Shown piece after piece: positions 21,259 to 30,319 of a stretch of 64,000 nucleotides of DNA. Source of the DNA: Verrucomicrobiota bacterium (GTDB lineage: Bacteria > Verrucomicrobiota > Verrucomicrobiia > Limisphaerales > Palsa-1400). A program made the translations under genes and the position numbers. The notes beneath the pieces were generated by a model. That model saw only the letters and a list, made by a program, of their open reading frames with translations, had not been told where the DNA came from and ran no database searches. Every line of letters begins with the position of its first letter. Within the stretch, counting starts at the first letter, position 1. The DNA lies in contig JBEKYR010000026.1 in assembly GCA_049510745.1 (NCBI GenBank), positions 1 to 64,000 on the forward strand, read 5' to 3'.

Positions 21259-22547
21259 CGTGATATTTGCCCCGCCACGGACTCAATGATCCGCACGGCT
21301 TCGGCCGCTTCAGACTGCTTCAAACTCAGCGCCGGCAGCAGGCGGATGACCTTCGTGCCGGCGGGAATGGCCAGCAGCCCGGCCCGATGCAGGCAATTGA
21401 TAAATTCAATCGCCGGCGCTTTTTCACTCGCCGCAAACGCCGGAATCTCCCCGGCCAGTTCCACTCCGATCATCAAACCCAACCCGCGCGCCTGCCGGAT
21501 GACCTGCGGAAACGCCTCCGCCAGCCGCGTCAGTTCGGACAAGAGAAAACTTCCCACGGCCCGCGCGTTGGCCGCCAGGCCGTCGCGTTCGATCACTTCG
21601 AGCACCTTCAACGCCACCGCGCAGGCCAGCGGCGAGCCGCCGAAAGTACTGCCATGCGTGCCCGCGCCGAGCAAGTCCGCATAGGGCGCCCGCACCCAAA
21701 AAGCCCCGATGGGCACTCCGCCCGCCAGGCCCTTGGCCATCGCGATTCCATCCGGCAAAAACGTCGAGGCGCCCTCCGCTCTGGTCTCCTCCAGAATTCG
21801 TTGGAAACTTTGGAAGCGTCCGGTGCGGAAACAGCCGCATTGCACCCCGTCCATGAGCAGCAGCAGATTCTTCTCGTCGCACAACCGGCGCAGGCCCAGC
21901 AAATAATCGGCCGTGGCTGCCGTCACCCCGCCCTCGCCTTGCACGCCTTCGATCAGAATCGCCGCCGTCGCCGGCGACAACGCGGCGCGGGCGGCGGCCA
22001 GATCGTTGAACGGGACCTGCCGGAAACCGGGCGTCATCGGATCGAAACCTTTCTTGACTTTCGCCTGCCCGGTCGCCGCAACGCCGGCCAGCGTCCGGCC
22101 ATGAAAGGAGTTCTCCGCCGTCAGAATTTCAAACCGGCCTTCGTCGTGGCCGAATTTGCGGGCCAGTTTGAAAAGTCCTTCGTTGGCCTCGCCGCCGCTG
22201 TTGCAGAAGAAAACCTTGCCCGGCCCGATCAGCCCGACGAGTTTTTCCGCCAGCAACCCCTGCGGCCGCTGGTAGTAAAGGTTGGAAACGTGGACCAGTT
22301 TCCGCGACTGCTCCAGCAGGGCCGCCGCGATGTCGGGGGACGCGTGGCCGAGCGCGCACACCGCGATTCCCGCGCCCAGATCGAGGTAGCGTTTGCCGTT
22401 GACGTCCCACACGGAAGACCCTTCGCCGCGTTCCAAAACCAGATCGAACCGCGCGTAGGAAGGGATGACGTTCTTCTGAAACCGTTCCTGGATCGAATGC
22501 GCTTCGTTGCGCACGACCGCCGATGGAGCTGGCAAAATCTCTCTCAT
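21255..22547 (-). CDS. argD: Acetylornithine aminotransferase (class III PLP)
   Basis: NSGGEANE, SFHGRT, QGEGG, AKGLAGG, HGSTFGG; in arg operon; ATG at 22547. Confidence 0.92.
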   Translation of the reverse strand: MREILPAPSAVVRNEAHSIQERFQKNVIPSYARFDLVLERGEGSSVWDVNGKRYLDLGAGIAVCALGHASPDIAAALLEQSRKLVHVSNLYYQRPQGLLAEKLVGLIGPGKVFFCNSGGEANEGLFKLARKFGHDEGRFEILTAENSFHGRTLAGVAATGQAKVKKGFDPMTPGFRQVPFNDLAAARAALSPATAAILIEGVQGEGGVTAATADYLLGLRRLCDEKNLLLLMDGVQCGCFRTGRFQSFQRILEETRAEGASTFLPDGIAMAKGLAGGVPIGAFWVRAPYADLLGAGTHGSTFGGSPLACAVALKVLEVIERDGLAANARAVGSFLLSELTRLAEAFPQVIRQARGLGLMIGVELAGEIPAFAASEKAPAIEFINCLHRAGLLAIPAGTKVIRLLPALSLKQSEAAEAVRIIESVAGQISR

Positions 22548-23128
22548 GCTTCCGCCTGCAATCCATCCCATACTTCCAGGTAAAAGCCCCGCACCGCCGC
22601 CGCCACCGCCAAGTCCCGCCGCAGCTCCCGCCGGAGAATCAACTCGACCACGTCGGTCTTATCGCGCATCCGCCGCAAAGGGGAATTGGCCCAGCTATCC
22701 AGTTTCAATGAAATCAATTCCTCCAGCGTCACGAATTGGAGTTTGTCGCTGGCCGTTCTCGGTTGCGGAAACGGCACCTTGCAGCCGGCCTTCACCACTT
22801 TGCCCGCCGGCAGCAAGTCGATGACCACGCCCGTGCGTTTGTCTCGCAGCCGATCCTGAACATCCCGCACCCGCGCCAAAGACCCGGACAAATCCGCCGT
22901 CCCAAACTCCGCCGCTTCCAGCACGTCGGGCACGACAATATCGACATCGACGGTCATGCGCGGATACCCATGCTCCTGCACCGCCAACCCGCCGGCGATG
23001 AGGTGCGGCACGTCATAGCGGGCCAGCGCCGCGGCCACAGTCCGCGCCGTTTCCGCGACGGCGGTGGTGCCGGTCGCTTCGCGCAAAAAGCATGCTTCCT
23101 CATGAATCATCGGTCGATACTTTGGCAT
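22544..23128 (-). CDS. Nucleotidyltransferase-fold hypothetical protein inside the arg operon
   Basis: AGGLAV..HG..R.T.DVD motif and C-terminal LISLKL..R.RDKTD. Confidence 0.7.
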   Translation of the reverse strand: MPKYRPMIHEEACFLREATGTTAVAETARTVAAALARYDVPHLIAGGLAVQEHGYPRMTVDVDIVVPDVLEAAEFGTADLSGSLARVRDVQDRLRDKRTGVVIDLLPAGKVVKAGCKVPFPQPRTASDKLQFVTLEELISLKLDSWANSPLRRMRDKTDVVELILRRELRRDLAVAAAVRGFYLEVWDGLQAEA

Positions 23129-23169
23129 GTTTGTCTCGTGGGTTCAACCTTTGCGCGAATCCAATTCCA

Positions 23170-24045
23170 TCACGGCGCCAATTCCGTTCCGAATCCTTCC
23201 CGGGTGAAAACCTCCAGGAGAATCGCGTGCGGCACACGCCCATCCACAAACGAAACCTTTTCCACTCCCGCCTTTAACGCCGCCACCGCGCTGTCGGTTT
23301 TGGGAATCATCCCTCTGTCAATCACACCGGCGGCCTTCAACGGCCCGACCTCGCCCGCGCGCAAACACGAAATCACCGACGAGGGGTCCTTCGGGTCGCG
23401 CAGCACGCCGGGAACGTCGCTCATAAAAATCAGCCGGCAGGCGCGCAACGCAATCGCCGTTTGCGCCGCGGCCGTGTCCGCGTTGCAATTGTAAATCCGT
23501 CCCTCCTCGCCCCGCGCCGTCGGGCTGCACACCGGCGTCACCCCGGCGCGCAGGCATTCCAGCAGCGGCCCGGTCTTGACCGCGGCCACCTCGCCCAGGA
23601 ACCCGGCGTCCAGTTTTTGCCCCGCCCCGGCGTCCAGCCAGAGTTTGCGCGCCGTGAAAATGTCCGTCCCGGAAAATCCTTTGGCTTGACCGCCAAGCCG
23701 GTTGAGAGTGGCGGTGATTTCCGGGTTGATCTCGCGCGACAAAACCCGTTCGACAACGCCGGCGGTGGCTTCGTCGGTCACCCGCATGCCCTGGATGAAG
23801 GTGGCTTTGAGACCGGCCTGTTCCATCGCGCGCGTGATGGCTTTGCCGCCCCCGTGAACCACCACCGGCTGAATCCCGGCCGCCGCCAGAAAAATCAGGT
23901 CGCGCGCCACCCCGTCCCGCGCGGCCGGATCGGGCGCGTCCATAAAACTGCCGCCGTACTTGACGACAAAGGTCTTGCCCCGGTAGCGCTGCAAATAAGG
24001 CAGGGCCTCCAGCAACACATCCGCCTTGGAGATCAGGTCTTGCAC
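23170..24045 (-). CDS. argB: Acetylglutamate kinase
   Basis: EALPY, VVKYGGS, VHGGG, GMRVTD, NCNAD, GMIPK. Confidence 0.96.
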   Translation of the reverse strand: MQDLISKADVLLEALPYLQRYRGKTFVVKYGGSFMDAPDPAARDGVARDLIFLAAAGIQPVVVHGGGKAITRAMEQAGLKATFIQGMRVTDEATAGVVERVLSREINPEITATLNRLGGQAKGFSGTDIFTARKLWLDAGAGQKLDAGFLGEVAAVKTGPLLECLRAGVTPVCSPTARGEEGRIYNCNADTAAAQTAIALRACRLIFMSDVPGVLRDPKDPSSVISCLRAGEVGPLKAAGVIDRGMIPKTDSAVAALKAGVEKVSFVDGRVPHAILLEVFTREGFGTELAP

Positions 24046-24190
24046 TCCCGTGAAGAAAACGCCCCGCGCGCGGCGCTGGCAAGAGAAAACAGGGTCTTTA
24101 ACACCTTTTGGAAACTGTGTACACTAAAGCCTGTGTGTCGGGTGTTGTATCTGTGACGATTGATTATCCGATCGTATTGGAAGCGGCTGT

Positions 24191-24754
24191 GTGAACGTTG
24201 AAGACAAGGTGCTGATCTGGCGATTTAACCGCGGCGACTGCGAAGCGGTCCGCACGATTTATGAGAAGCACAAAAGCGACCTGGTCGCCTTGGCAGTCTC
24301 TCTCTTGAAAAACACCGCCGCCGCGGAAGATGTTGTGCATGATGTCTTTTTATCATTTCTGCGGCTGCCGCATTTTCGGCTCACGGGCAGCTTGAAAGGC
24401 TATCTGGCGACCTGTGTGGCCAATGGCGCCCGCAACGTCCTCCGGGCCAACGGCAGCCACCGGCAGGAGCCGCTTGAACAAGCGCTGCCCATCGCGTCGA
24501 GCGAACCGTGGCCGGATGGCGCGGCGATTCTCAGCGAGGAATGCCGCCTTTTGGCCCGCGCCATCGGTGAATTGCCCTACGAGCAAAGAGAAGTCGTGCT
24601 CCTGCACCTTCGTGGCGGATTGAAATTCATCGAGATCGCGCAGTCACAGAACGTTTCGATCAACACGGTCTTGGGCCGGTACCGCTACGGATTGGAAAAA
24701 CTCAAGACCAGGATGAACGCGGAGATTTCCCATGCGACCGAACGAGCCAATTGA
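24191..24754 (+). CDS. ECF RNA polymerase sigma factor
   Basis: AEDVVHDVF, LPYEQREVV, SINTV.GRYRYG. Confidence 0.9.
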   Translation: MNVEDKVLIWRFNRGDCEAVRTIYEKHKSDLVALAVSLLKNTAAAEDVVHDVFLSFLRLPHFRLTGSLKGYLATCVANGARNVLRANGSHRQEPLEQALPIASSEPWPDGAAILSEECRLLARAIGELPYEQREVVLLHLRGGLKFIEIAQSQNVSINTVLGRYRYGLEKLKTRMNAEISHATERAN

Positions 24755-26666
24755 AAAGCGGATCGCGGATTTGAAAGCAAAGCCAAGCGCTCAACTCGAT
24801 GCGCGGGTGCATCGGGCCATCGACGAGGCGCTGGCGGAAAGAAAACAAAAAGAACCGGCCGGATTCCTCCTGCCGAATACCTGGAGAATGATTATGAAAA
24901 CCCCAATGACAAGATGGACCGCCGCGGGAGTGGCAGTCGCGGCGCTGGTGGCCGGCATACTAATTTTTGACAAAGCGGCGCCATCCGCTTTCGGACTCGA
25001 TCAAGTGATTGCGGCCTCCAAAGGCGTTCGCTTTTTGCACATCAAAATGCATCTGGTCAAGGATCAGGAACCGATTGAGTTCTGGGTTGCGTCCGACGAA
25101 TCCGGCCACGTGGCAAAAATCAGGAATTACCAGCCGGTGACCGAAGACGGCGCGAAGCTGATCACCTGGACGCCTGAGAGAACGGAAGTCTGGTTCCAGA
25201 CCAAACACGGTTTTCTCACTCTCCATGACGATAAACTCGTCAAAGGGATTCAGGACCTGCTCGGACAAATCCAGCCTCAATTGGCCACCGAAAAGCTCAA
25301 GGAAGATGAGAAGGCGGGCAAGGTTGACCTGGATATTCAGCAGCCGGCCGACAAAGAACTGCCCATCAAGATCGTGGTGACGGGCAAGAAAAGGACTGAC
25401 TTCAAGCGAATCTATTTGATCGACCAAAAAACCGACCTGATCAGCAGCATCGAGACTTATGCGACGAGAAATGGCGAGGAGGTCTTGCTGTCCAAGGTGG
25501 AATTCCTTGAGTACAACGTCCCGATTGATGACAAAATGTTTTCTCTGCGGGACCAATTGCCGGCGGATGTCAGCATCTCCGACCAAGCCACCCAGGTGAG
25601 CGGTGTCGCCCAAGGAAACCTGTCGGATGAGCAGGCTGCCGCCCAGACCGCCCGGGAGTTCTTCCAGGCCCTCATTGACAAGGACTACAAGAAAGCGGGT
25701 TTGGTCATCGGCGGCCAGTTGGAGCAATACACCAAAACCGAATACGGACAACTTAACGTCACCGCCATCGTTTCGGTTGGACCGACCATCCTACAGACGA
25801 ATTGGGTGAAACGCGGCTACATGGTTCCGTGCGAGGTGGAGATCACTCATCCAGACGGGCAAAAGTCGATTTGGAAGTCCACTCCGTACGTGCGGCCCGG
25901 CGATGACCAAAGGCATCCCGACAATTGGAACATCACCGGGGGCGTCAGCGCCGCCCAAGCCGATCTCCAAATCCTGCCGGACAATAAAAAGTACGAGCAG
26001 ATGACGCCCAAGCAGGCCGCCGAAGCCTTCTTCAAAGCCTGCGCGAGGAAGGACTGGGACGAAATGGCCAAATTCTGGCCGGAGGCTCCGACCGGCGAGA
26101 AATTTGACCGCATGAAAGAGTACCTCGGAGGCTTGGAACTGGTCAGCGTCGGCGAACCCTACCAAAAAAGCCCCTATCCCGGCTGGTACGTCCCCTATGA
26201 GATCAAATTGCCGCCAACGGAAATCAACGTGCGGGTGTCTAATACCAATTCAGCCAGGCGTTACGTGATCTACGGGTTGTATGACACCAAACTTCAGCCG
26301 ATGGAAAAGTTGGAATGGAGCAACGAACCGGAAACGCTGGCCAAAGAGGATGCCTATGGGCGGATGTCACCCGCCGAGGTCGCGAGAGCTTACTTCGACT
26401 CGATGACAAGATCGGACTGGGAGGCGATGGGAAAAGTGGCGCCGGCGTCCGATGTGGAGCAAACCAAACACCAATATGCCGAGATGAAAAAAGCGGGCAT
26501 GGACCCGCGCGAAGCGATTCCAACCGTGGCCGTGGGCGAGGCCGTCTGGTCGAAAGAAGAATCGGCCTACTTTGTGAAATGCCGCATGGCCGGCGTCAAG
26601 AAATTCAACTTGGCCGTGCGCAATGACAATCCGGCCAACCGCTACCTGTTCGACGGCGGGCTGTAA
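24732..26666 (+). CDS. Putative anti-sigma factor: single TM plus large extracytoplasmic region with repeated domains
   Basis: Overlaps the ECF gene; TM WTAAGVAVAALVAGILIF; three related segments (AQTAREFFQAL, QAAEAFFKAC, EVARAYFDSM). Confidence 0.65.
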   Translation: MRPNEPIEKRIADLKAKPSAQLDARVHRAIDEALAERKQKEPAGFLLPNTWRMIMKTPMTRWTAAGVAVAALVAGILIFDKAAPSAFGLDQVIAASKGVRFLHIKMHLVKDQEPIEFWVASDESGHVAKIRNYQPVTEDGAKLITWTPERTEVWFQTKHGFLTLHDDKLVKGIQDLLGQIQPQLATEKLKEDEKAGKVDLDIQQPADKELPIKIVVTGKKRTDFKRIYLIDQKTDLISSIETYATRNGEEVLLSKVEFLEYNVPIDDKMFSLRDQLPADVSISDQATQVSGVAQGNLSDEQAAAQTAREFFQALIDKDYKKAGLVIGGQLEQYTKTEYGQLNVTAIVSVGPTILQTNWVKRGYMVPCEVEITHPDGQKSIWKSTPYVRPGDDQRHPDNWNITGGVSAAQADLQILPDNKKYEQMTPKQAAEAFFKACARKDWDEMAKFWPEAPTGEKFDRMKEYLGGLELVSVGEPYQKSPYPGWYVPYEIKLPPTEINVRVSNTNSARRYVIYGLYDTKLQPMEKLEWSNEPETLAKEDAYGRMSPAEVARAYFDSMTRSDWEAMGKVAPASDVEQTKHQYAEMKKAGMDPREAIPTVAVGEAVWSKEESAYFVKCRMAGVKKFNLAVRNDNPANRYLFDGGL

Positions 26667-26813
26667 GGGTGTGCAAAAGCCTCCGGTCCTGGTGATTGGC
26701 CCTGGCGGCGCTCGTGGGCGCGGCGGTGGGGATTCAGGCCGCGGCGTTTTCCGGCGCGCCGCCCCCGCGACAAAGAACATTGATTGCGCCGGCCTGGCTC
26801 GTAAAATCCTCTC

Positions 26814-27272
26814 ATCGAACTGCGCATCCGACAAGCGGCGCCTGGAGATTTGGACGTCATCGCCCAATTCAACCTGCATTTGGCCAAAGAAACCGAGCAT
26901 CTCGATCTCGAGCTGGCGCGGGTGCGGGTGGGCGTGGAGGCCCTGCTGCGCGACCCCTCCAAGGGCCTCTACTTTGTCGCCGAGAACGCCGGCCGCGTCA
27001 TCGGACAGTTGTTGGTCACCCACGAGTGGAGCGACTGGCGCAACGGCGATTTTTGGTGGCTGCAAAGCGTCTATGTGCAACGGGACTTTCGCCGGCACGG
27101 GGTGTTCAAGGCGCTGTTTGAATTCGTGCTGGCAAAGGCGGCGGGGCAACCGGACGTCTGCGGTCTGCGGCTTTACATGGACGCGGACAACGACAAGGCG
27201 CGCGAGGCCTACGAACGGTTGGGCATGAAAGAAACCAACTACCGCGTGTTCGAGCGGCCTGTGCGGCGGTAA
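26814..27272 (+). CDS. GNAT family N-acetyltransferase (start uncertain: ATC 26814, CTG 26820 or TTG 26850)
   Basis: WSDWRNG.FWWLQSVYV, RRHGVF, N.KA..AYERLG; the in-frame upstream ELRIRQA looks like GNAT strand 1. Confidence 0.85.
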   Translation: MELRIRQAAPGDLDVIAQFNLHLAKETEHLDLELARVRVGVEALLRDPSKGLYFVAENAGRVIGQLLVTHEWSDWRNGDFWWLQSVYVQRDFRRHGVFKALFEFVLAKAAGQPDVCGLRLYMDADNDKAREAYERLGMKETNYRVFERPVRR

Positions 27273-27382
27273 AACGCCTTGTCTGTCCCAAAACATGCGG
27301 GCCAAAAACCGCCCGGAGGCCGCCCCGTTCATTGACGGCACTTACCGGGAAGGGTGGAAAGCGTGAAGTCTGCCGCGGGGCC

Positions 27383-27592
27383 TCACGACCTCTTCGCCGT
27401 CAGCGTCAAATAGACTTGCTCCGGCCGCGCGGCGGGCGCCGGACTCCATTCCATGGCGGCATCGACCACCCGGCGCATCTGGCCGAACCACCACTGGGCG
27501 CGCTGCCGCCGGCTTTGCCGGGCCTGCCGCCCCAGGCGCGCCGCCTTGGCAGGGAGGGTCAGTTCCATCTGATTGATCTGTCTTGTATTCAT
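27383..27592 (-). CDS. Small basic hypothetical protein
   Basis: 69 aa, strong SD (aagaaagga) before ATG, motif RAQWWFGQMRRVVD. Confidence 0.65.
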   Translation of the reverse strand: MNTRQINQMELTLPAKAARLGRQARQSRRQRAQWWFGQMRRVVDAAMEWSPAPAARPEQVYLTLTAKRS

Positions 27593-27631
27593 AGGTCCTT
27601 TCTTCTTTTGCGACTACCTTAACGGGGGCGG

Positions 27632-27650
27632 TTGGACAAATGCTGTCCAA
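27632..27650. promoter_or_regulatory. Perfect 7-5-7 palindromic operator candidate
   Basis: TTGGACA-aatgc-TGTCCAA between divergent genes. Confidence 0.6.
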
Positions 27651-27701
27651 GTGAAAATTATTTTTGGAGCCGTCCCCCCGTCATGGTAAAGGCTTTGGGG
27701 A

Positions 27702-28292
27702 ATGCTTATCGCATTTCACAAACCGTTCGCCGTGCTGTCGCAGTTCACCGGCGGCGGCCCGGCCAACCGGACGCTGGCGGACTTTGGTCTTCCGCCCCGC
27801 GTCTATCCGATCGGGCGGCTCGATGCGGATTCGGAAGGGCTGTTATTATTGACCGACGAACCCGCCCTGAACACCAAACTCCTCCATCCCCGCCACGGCC
27901 ATCGCCGGGTTTATTGGGCGCAGGTCGAGGGCATTCCCACGCCGGAGGAGTTGCGCCGCCTGTCCCAGGGCGTCGTCATCCAGTCAAGAAAGACGCTGCC
28001 CTGCCGGGCGCGCCTGCTGGAACCGCAACCGGCCGTCCCGCCGCGCGACCCGCCGATCCGTTATCGCAAGACCGTGCCCGATTGCTGGATCGAAATGGAA
28101 TTGGTGGAGGGAAGGAACCGCCAGGTGCGCCGCATGACGGCGGCGGTGGGCCACCCCACGCTGCGCTTGCTTCGGGTGCGGATTGGAAACTTCGCGCTGG
28201 CCGAGCTGGCGGCGGGGAAATGGCGGCCACTGGAAAAAGCGGAGCGCGAACTCGTGCTGGCCGCGCCCGTCCAGTCCCGCGAATCTCATTGA
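27702..28292 (+). CDS. RsuA/RluE-family pseudouridine synthase
   Basis: GRLDADSEGLLLLT, EGRNRQVRRMTAAVGHPTLRL. Confidence 0.92.
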   Translation: MLIAFHKPFAVLSQFTGGGPANRTLADFGLPPRVYPIGRLDADSEGLLLLTDEPALNTKLLHPRHGHRRVYWAQVEGIPTPEELRRLSQGVVIQSRKTLPCRARLLEPQPAVPPRDPPIRYRKTVPDCWIEMELVEGRNRQVRRMTAAVGHPTLRLLRVRIGNFALAELAAGKWRPLEKAERELVLAAPVQSRESH

Positions 28293-28323
28293 AAAACGTC
28301 CCGGCTGCGGGCAGATTCCCGCC

Positions 28324-28875
28324 ATGCAATCTGTCTTTACAGGGCCTGTCTATGTGGTGCGCGATAATATCGACACCGACCAGATTATTTCCGCGCAATA
28401 TCTCAACCTCGTTCCCACGATTCCGGAAGAATATGAGAAGCTCGGCAGCCTCGCGCTGGGGGGCTTGCCCGATTCGCTTTACCCCATCCGCTTCGTCAAA
28501 CCGGGGCAACTGGACAGCGCCTATCCCATCGTCGTCGGCGGGCGCAATTTCGGCTGCGGCAGTTCGCGCGAACACGCTCCCATCGCACTCGGTTCCGCCG
28601 GTTGCAGGATCGTGCTGGCGCAGAGTTTTGCCCGCATTTTCTTCCGCAACTCCGTCGCCACCGGCGAACTGTATCCGTGCGAATGCGCCGACCGCCTCTG
28701 CGACGCGCTCAAAACCGGCGATGTCGTGACCGTCGATTTGGACAAGCTGTCCGTGACCGTGCAAGCCACGGGAAAAGTTTATCCGATCAAGCCGCTGGGC
28801 GACGTTCGGCCAGTTGTCGATGCGGGCGGATTGTTCAATTACGCGCGGAAAACGGGGATGATGCCCGTTTCCTGA
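28324..28875 (+). CDS. leuD: 3-isopropylmalate dehydratase small subunit
   Basis: DNIDTDQII, NFGCGSSREHA, SFARIFFRN; ATG at 28324. Confidence 0.9.
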   Translation: MQSVFTGPVYVVRDNIDTDQIISAQYLNLVPTIPEEYEKLGSLALGGLPDSLYPIRFVKPGQLDSAYPIVVGGRNFGCGSSREHAPIALGSAGCRIVLAQSFARIFFRNSVATGELYPCECADRLCDALKTGDVVTVDLDKLSVTVQATGKVYPIKPLGDVRPVVDAGGLFNYARKTGMMPVS

Positions 28876-28877
28876 AC

Positions 28878-29297
28878 CTATCGCTCCAACCGCAACGCCG
28901 GGCGCGCCTCGGTCTGGAGCGGGTTGGAGGCGAAGTCGGATTGTTCCAGGCGCGCCAGCCAATGCTGGATCAACGCCAGGACCGCCGGCATCGCCAGATG
29001 CTCGTGGCAGGCCGGGTATTTCCTGAAATTGGCGTCGGCCAATTTGAACAGGGCCGCCGCCGGACGGAGCCGCTCCCGGCGCAGATGAACAAAGGCGCCC
29101 GCCAGTTGGATCAATCCCTTGTAAAAGGAACCGTTCGGGCCCTGCCGGTCCTTCAGCCAGAGCTGCTCCAAAACATCGTGGGCCTCGTAAAAAAGTCCGC
29201 GGTTAAACTGGTCAAAGTAGCCAAGATAATGCGGATCGAGGCCGCCGGCGGGGGCGTCCCGGACCAGGCGCGCAATTCGTTCGCTCTTGTTGCTCAC
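28878..29297 (-). CDS. DUF309 family protein
   Basis: FN.G.FYEAHDVLE.LW and KGLIQLA motifs. Confidence 0.88.
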   Translation of the reverse strand: MSNKSERIARLVRDAPAGGLDPHYLGYFDQFNRGLFYEAHDVLEQLWLKDRQGPNGSFYKGLIQLAGAFVHLRRERLRPAAALFKLADANFRKYPACHEHLAMPAVLALIQHWLARLEQSDFASNPLQTEARPALRLER

Positions 29298-29380
29298 CGC
29301 GCCAGGTTACCAGACGCGCCCTGGAAACTCACCCTACTTTTCCCTTTTACCTCACGCGGTTTCCCTTTAAGTTCTGCCGC

Positions 29381-30301
29381 ATGGCTAAACCAGTTTTAGG
29401 GCGTGGGCTGGGCGCGTTGCTCGGCGGTGTTGGCGCGCCGCCGCGGGCGGGCGACCATGTCTTTCAGACCCCGCCTCCGCCCGCCGGCGCCGAGGGGCGC
29501 GAACACGTCCAGCGCGTGCCGGTGGCCAGGGTGCGCCCCTGTCCTCTCCAGCCGCGCAAGGATTTTTCGGCCGATTCCCTCAAGGAACTGGCCGACTCGA
29601 TCAAGGAACAGGGCATCGTGCAGCCGCTGATCGTCCGCCAGATTGGGCAGAATTTCGAGTTGATCGCCGGGGAACGCCGCTGGCGCGCCGCGCAGATCGT
29701 CGGGTTGGCGGACGTGCCGGTCATTGTGCGCCAGGTGGATGACCGCGTGGTTTTGGAGCTGGCGCTGATCGAGAACCTCCAACGCGAGAACCTCAACGCC
29801 ATCGAAGAAGCGCACGGTTACGCGCAGTTGGTCAGCCAGTTCCAGTTGACCCAGGAGGAGGCGGCCGCCAAGGTCGGCAAAAGCCGCGCCGTCGTGGCCA
29901 ACGCCTTGCGTCTTCTCAAGCTCGCCCCGGAATTGCAGGCCTTTGTCCGCGATGGCCGCCTTTCCGTGGGCCATGCCAAGGTCATTTTGGGCCTGGCTTC
30001 CCCCGAAGACCAAAAGCTCGCGGCGGAGCGGGTCCTGAAAAAATCCCTCAATGTCCGCAAAACCGAGGAATTGGTCACTTTCCTGCAAAACCACCCGGCC
30101 CAAAAAAACGGCCGCAGGCCGCGGTCCGGCCCGCTGCTCCAGGACGCCCATCTCGCCTCCATGCAAAACAAAATCCAGGAACGTTTCGGAACCAAAGTGT
30201 CGCTCCGTTACCATGAGGGCAAGGGCGCCATTGAGATCAAATTTTTCAGTGACATCGACCTGGAACGGATTCTCAAGGTGGCAGGCATCGACCTGGATTG
30301 A
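29381..30301 (+). CDS. parB: ParB/Spo0J chromosome partitioning protein
   Basis: LGRGLGALL, QPR, IAGERRWRAA, ENLQRENLN, HTH and LSVGHAK. Confidence 0.95.
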   Translation: MAKPVLGRGLGALLGGVGAPPRAGDHVFQTPPPPAGAEGREHVQRVPVARVRPCPLQPRKDFSADSLKELADSIKEQGIVQPLIVRQIGQNFELIAGERRWRAAQIVGLADVPVIVRQVDDRVVLELALIENLQRENLNAIEEAHGYAQLVSQFQLTQEEAAAKVGKSRAVVANALRLLKLAPELQAFVRDGRLSVGHAKVILGLASPEDQKLAAERVLKKSLNVRKTEELVTFLQNHPAQKNGRRPRSGPLLQDAHLASMQNKIQERFGTKVSLRYHEGKGAIEIKFFSDIDLERILKVAGIDLD

Positions 30302-30319
30302 TTTTTGCCCGTTGCCGCA

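Noticed and set aside
29381..30301. Plasmid or prophage partition cassette; parS site
   Set aside because: Chromosomal Spo0J-type sequence among housekeeping genes; no parA adjacent and no parS palindrome noticed by eye
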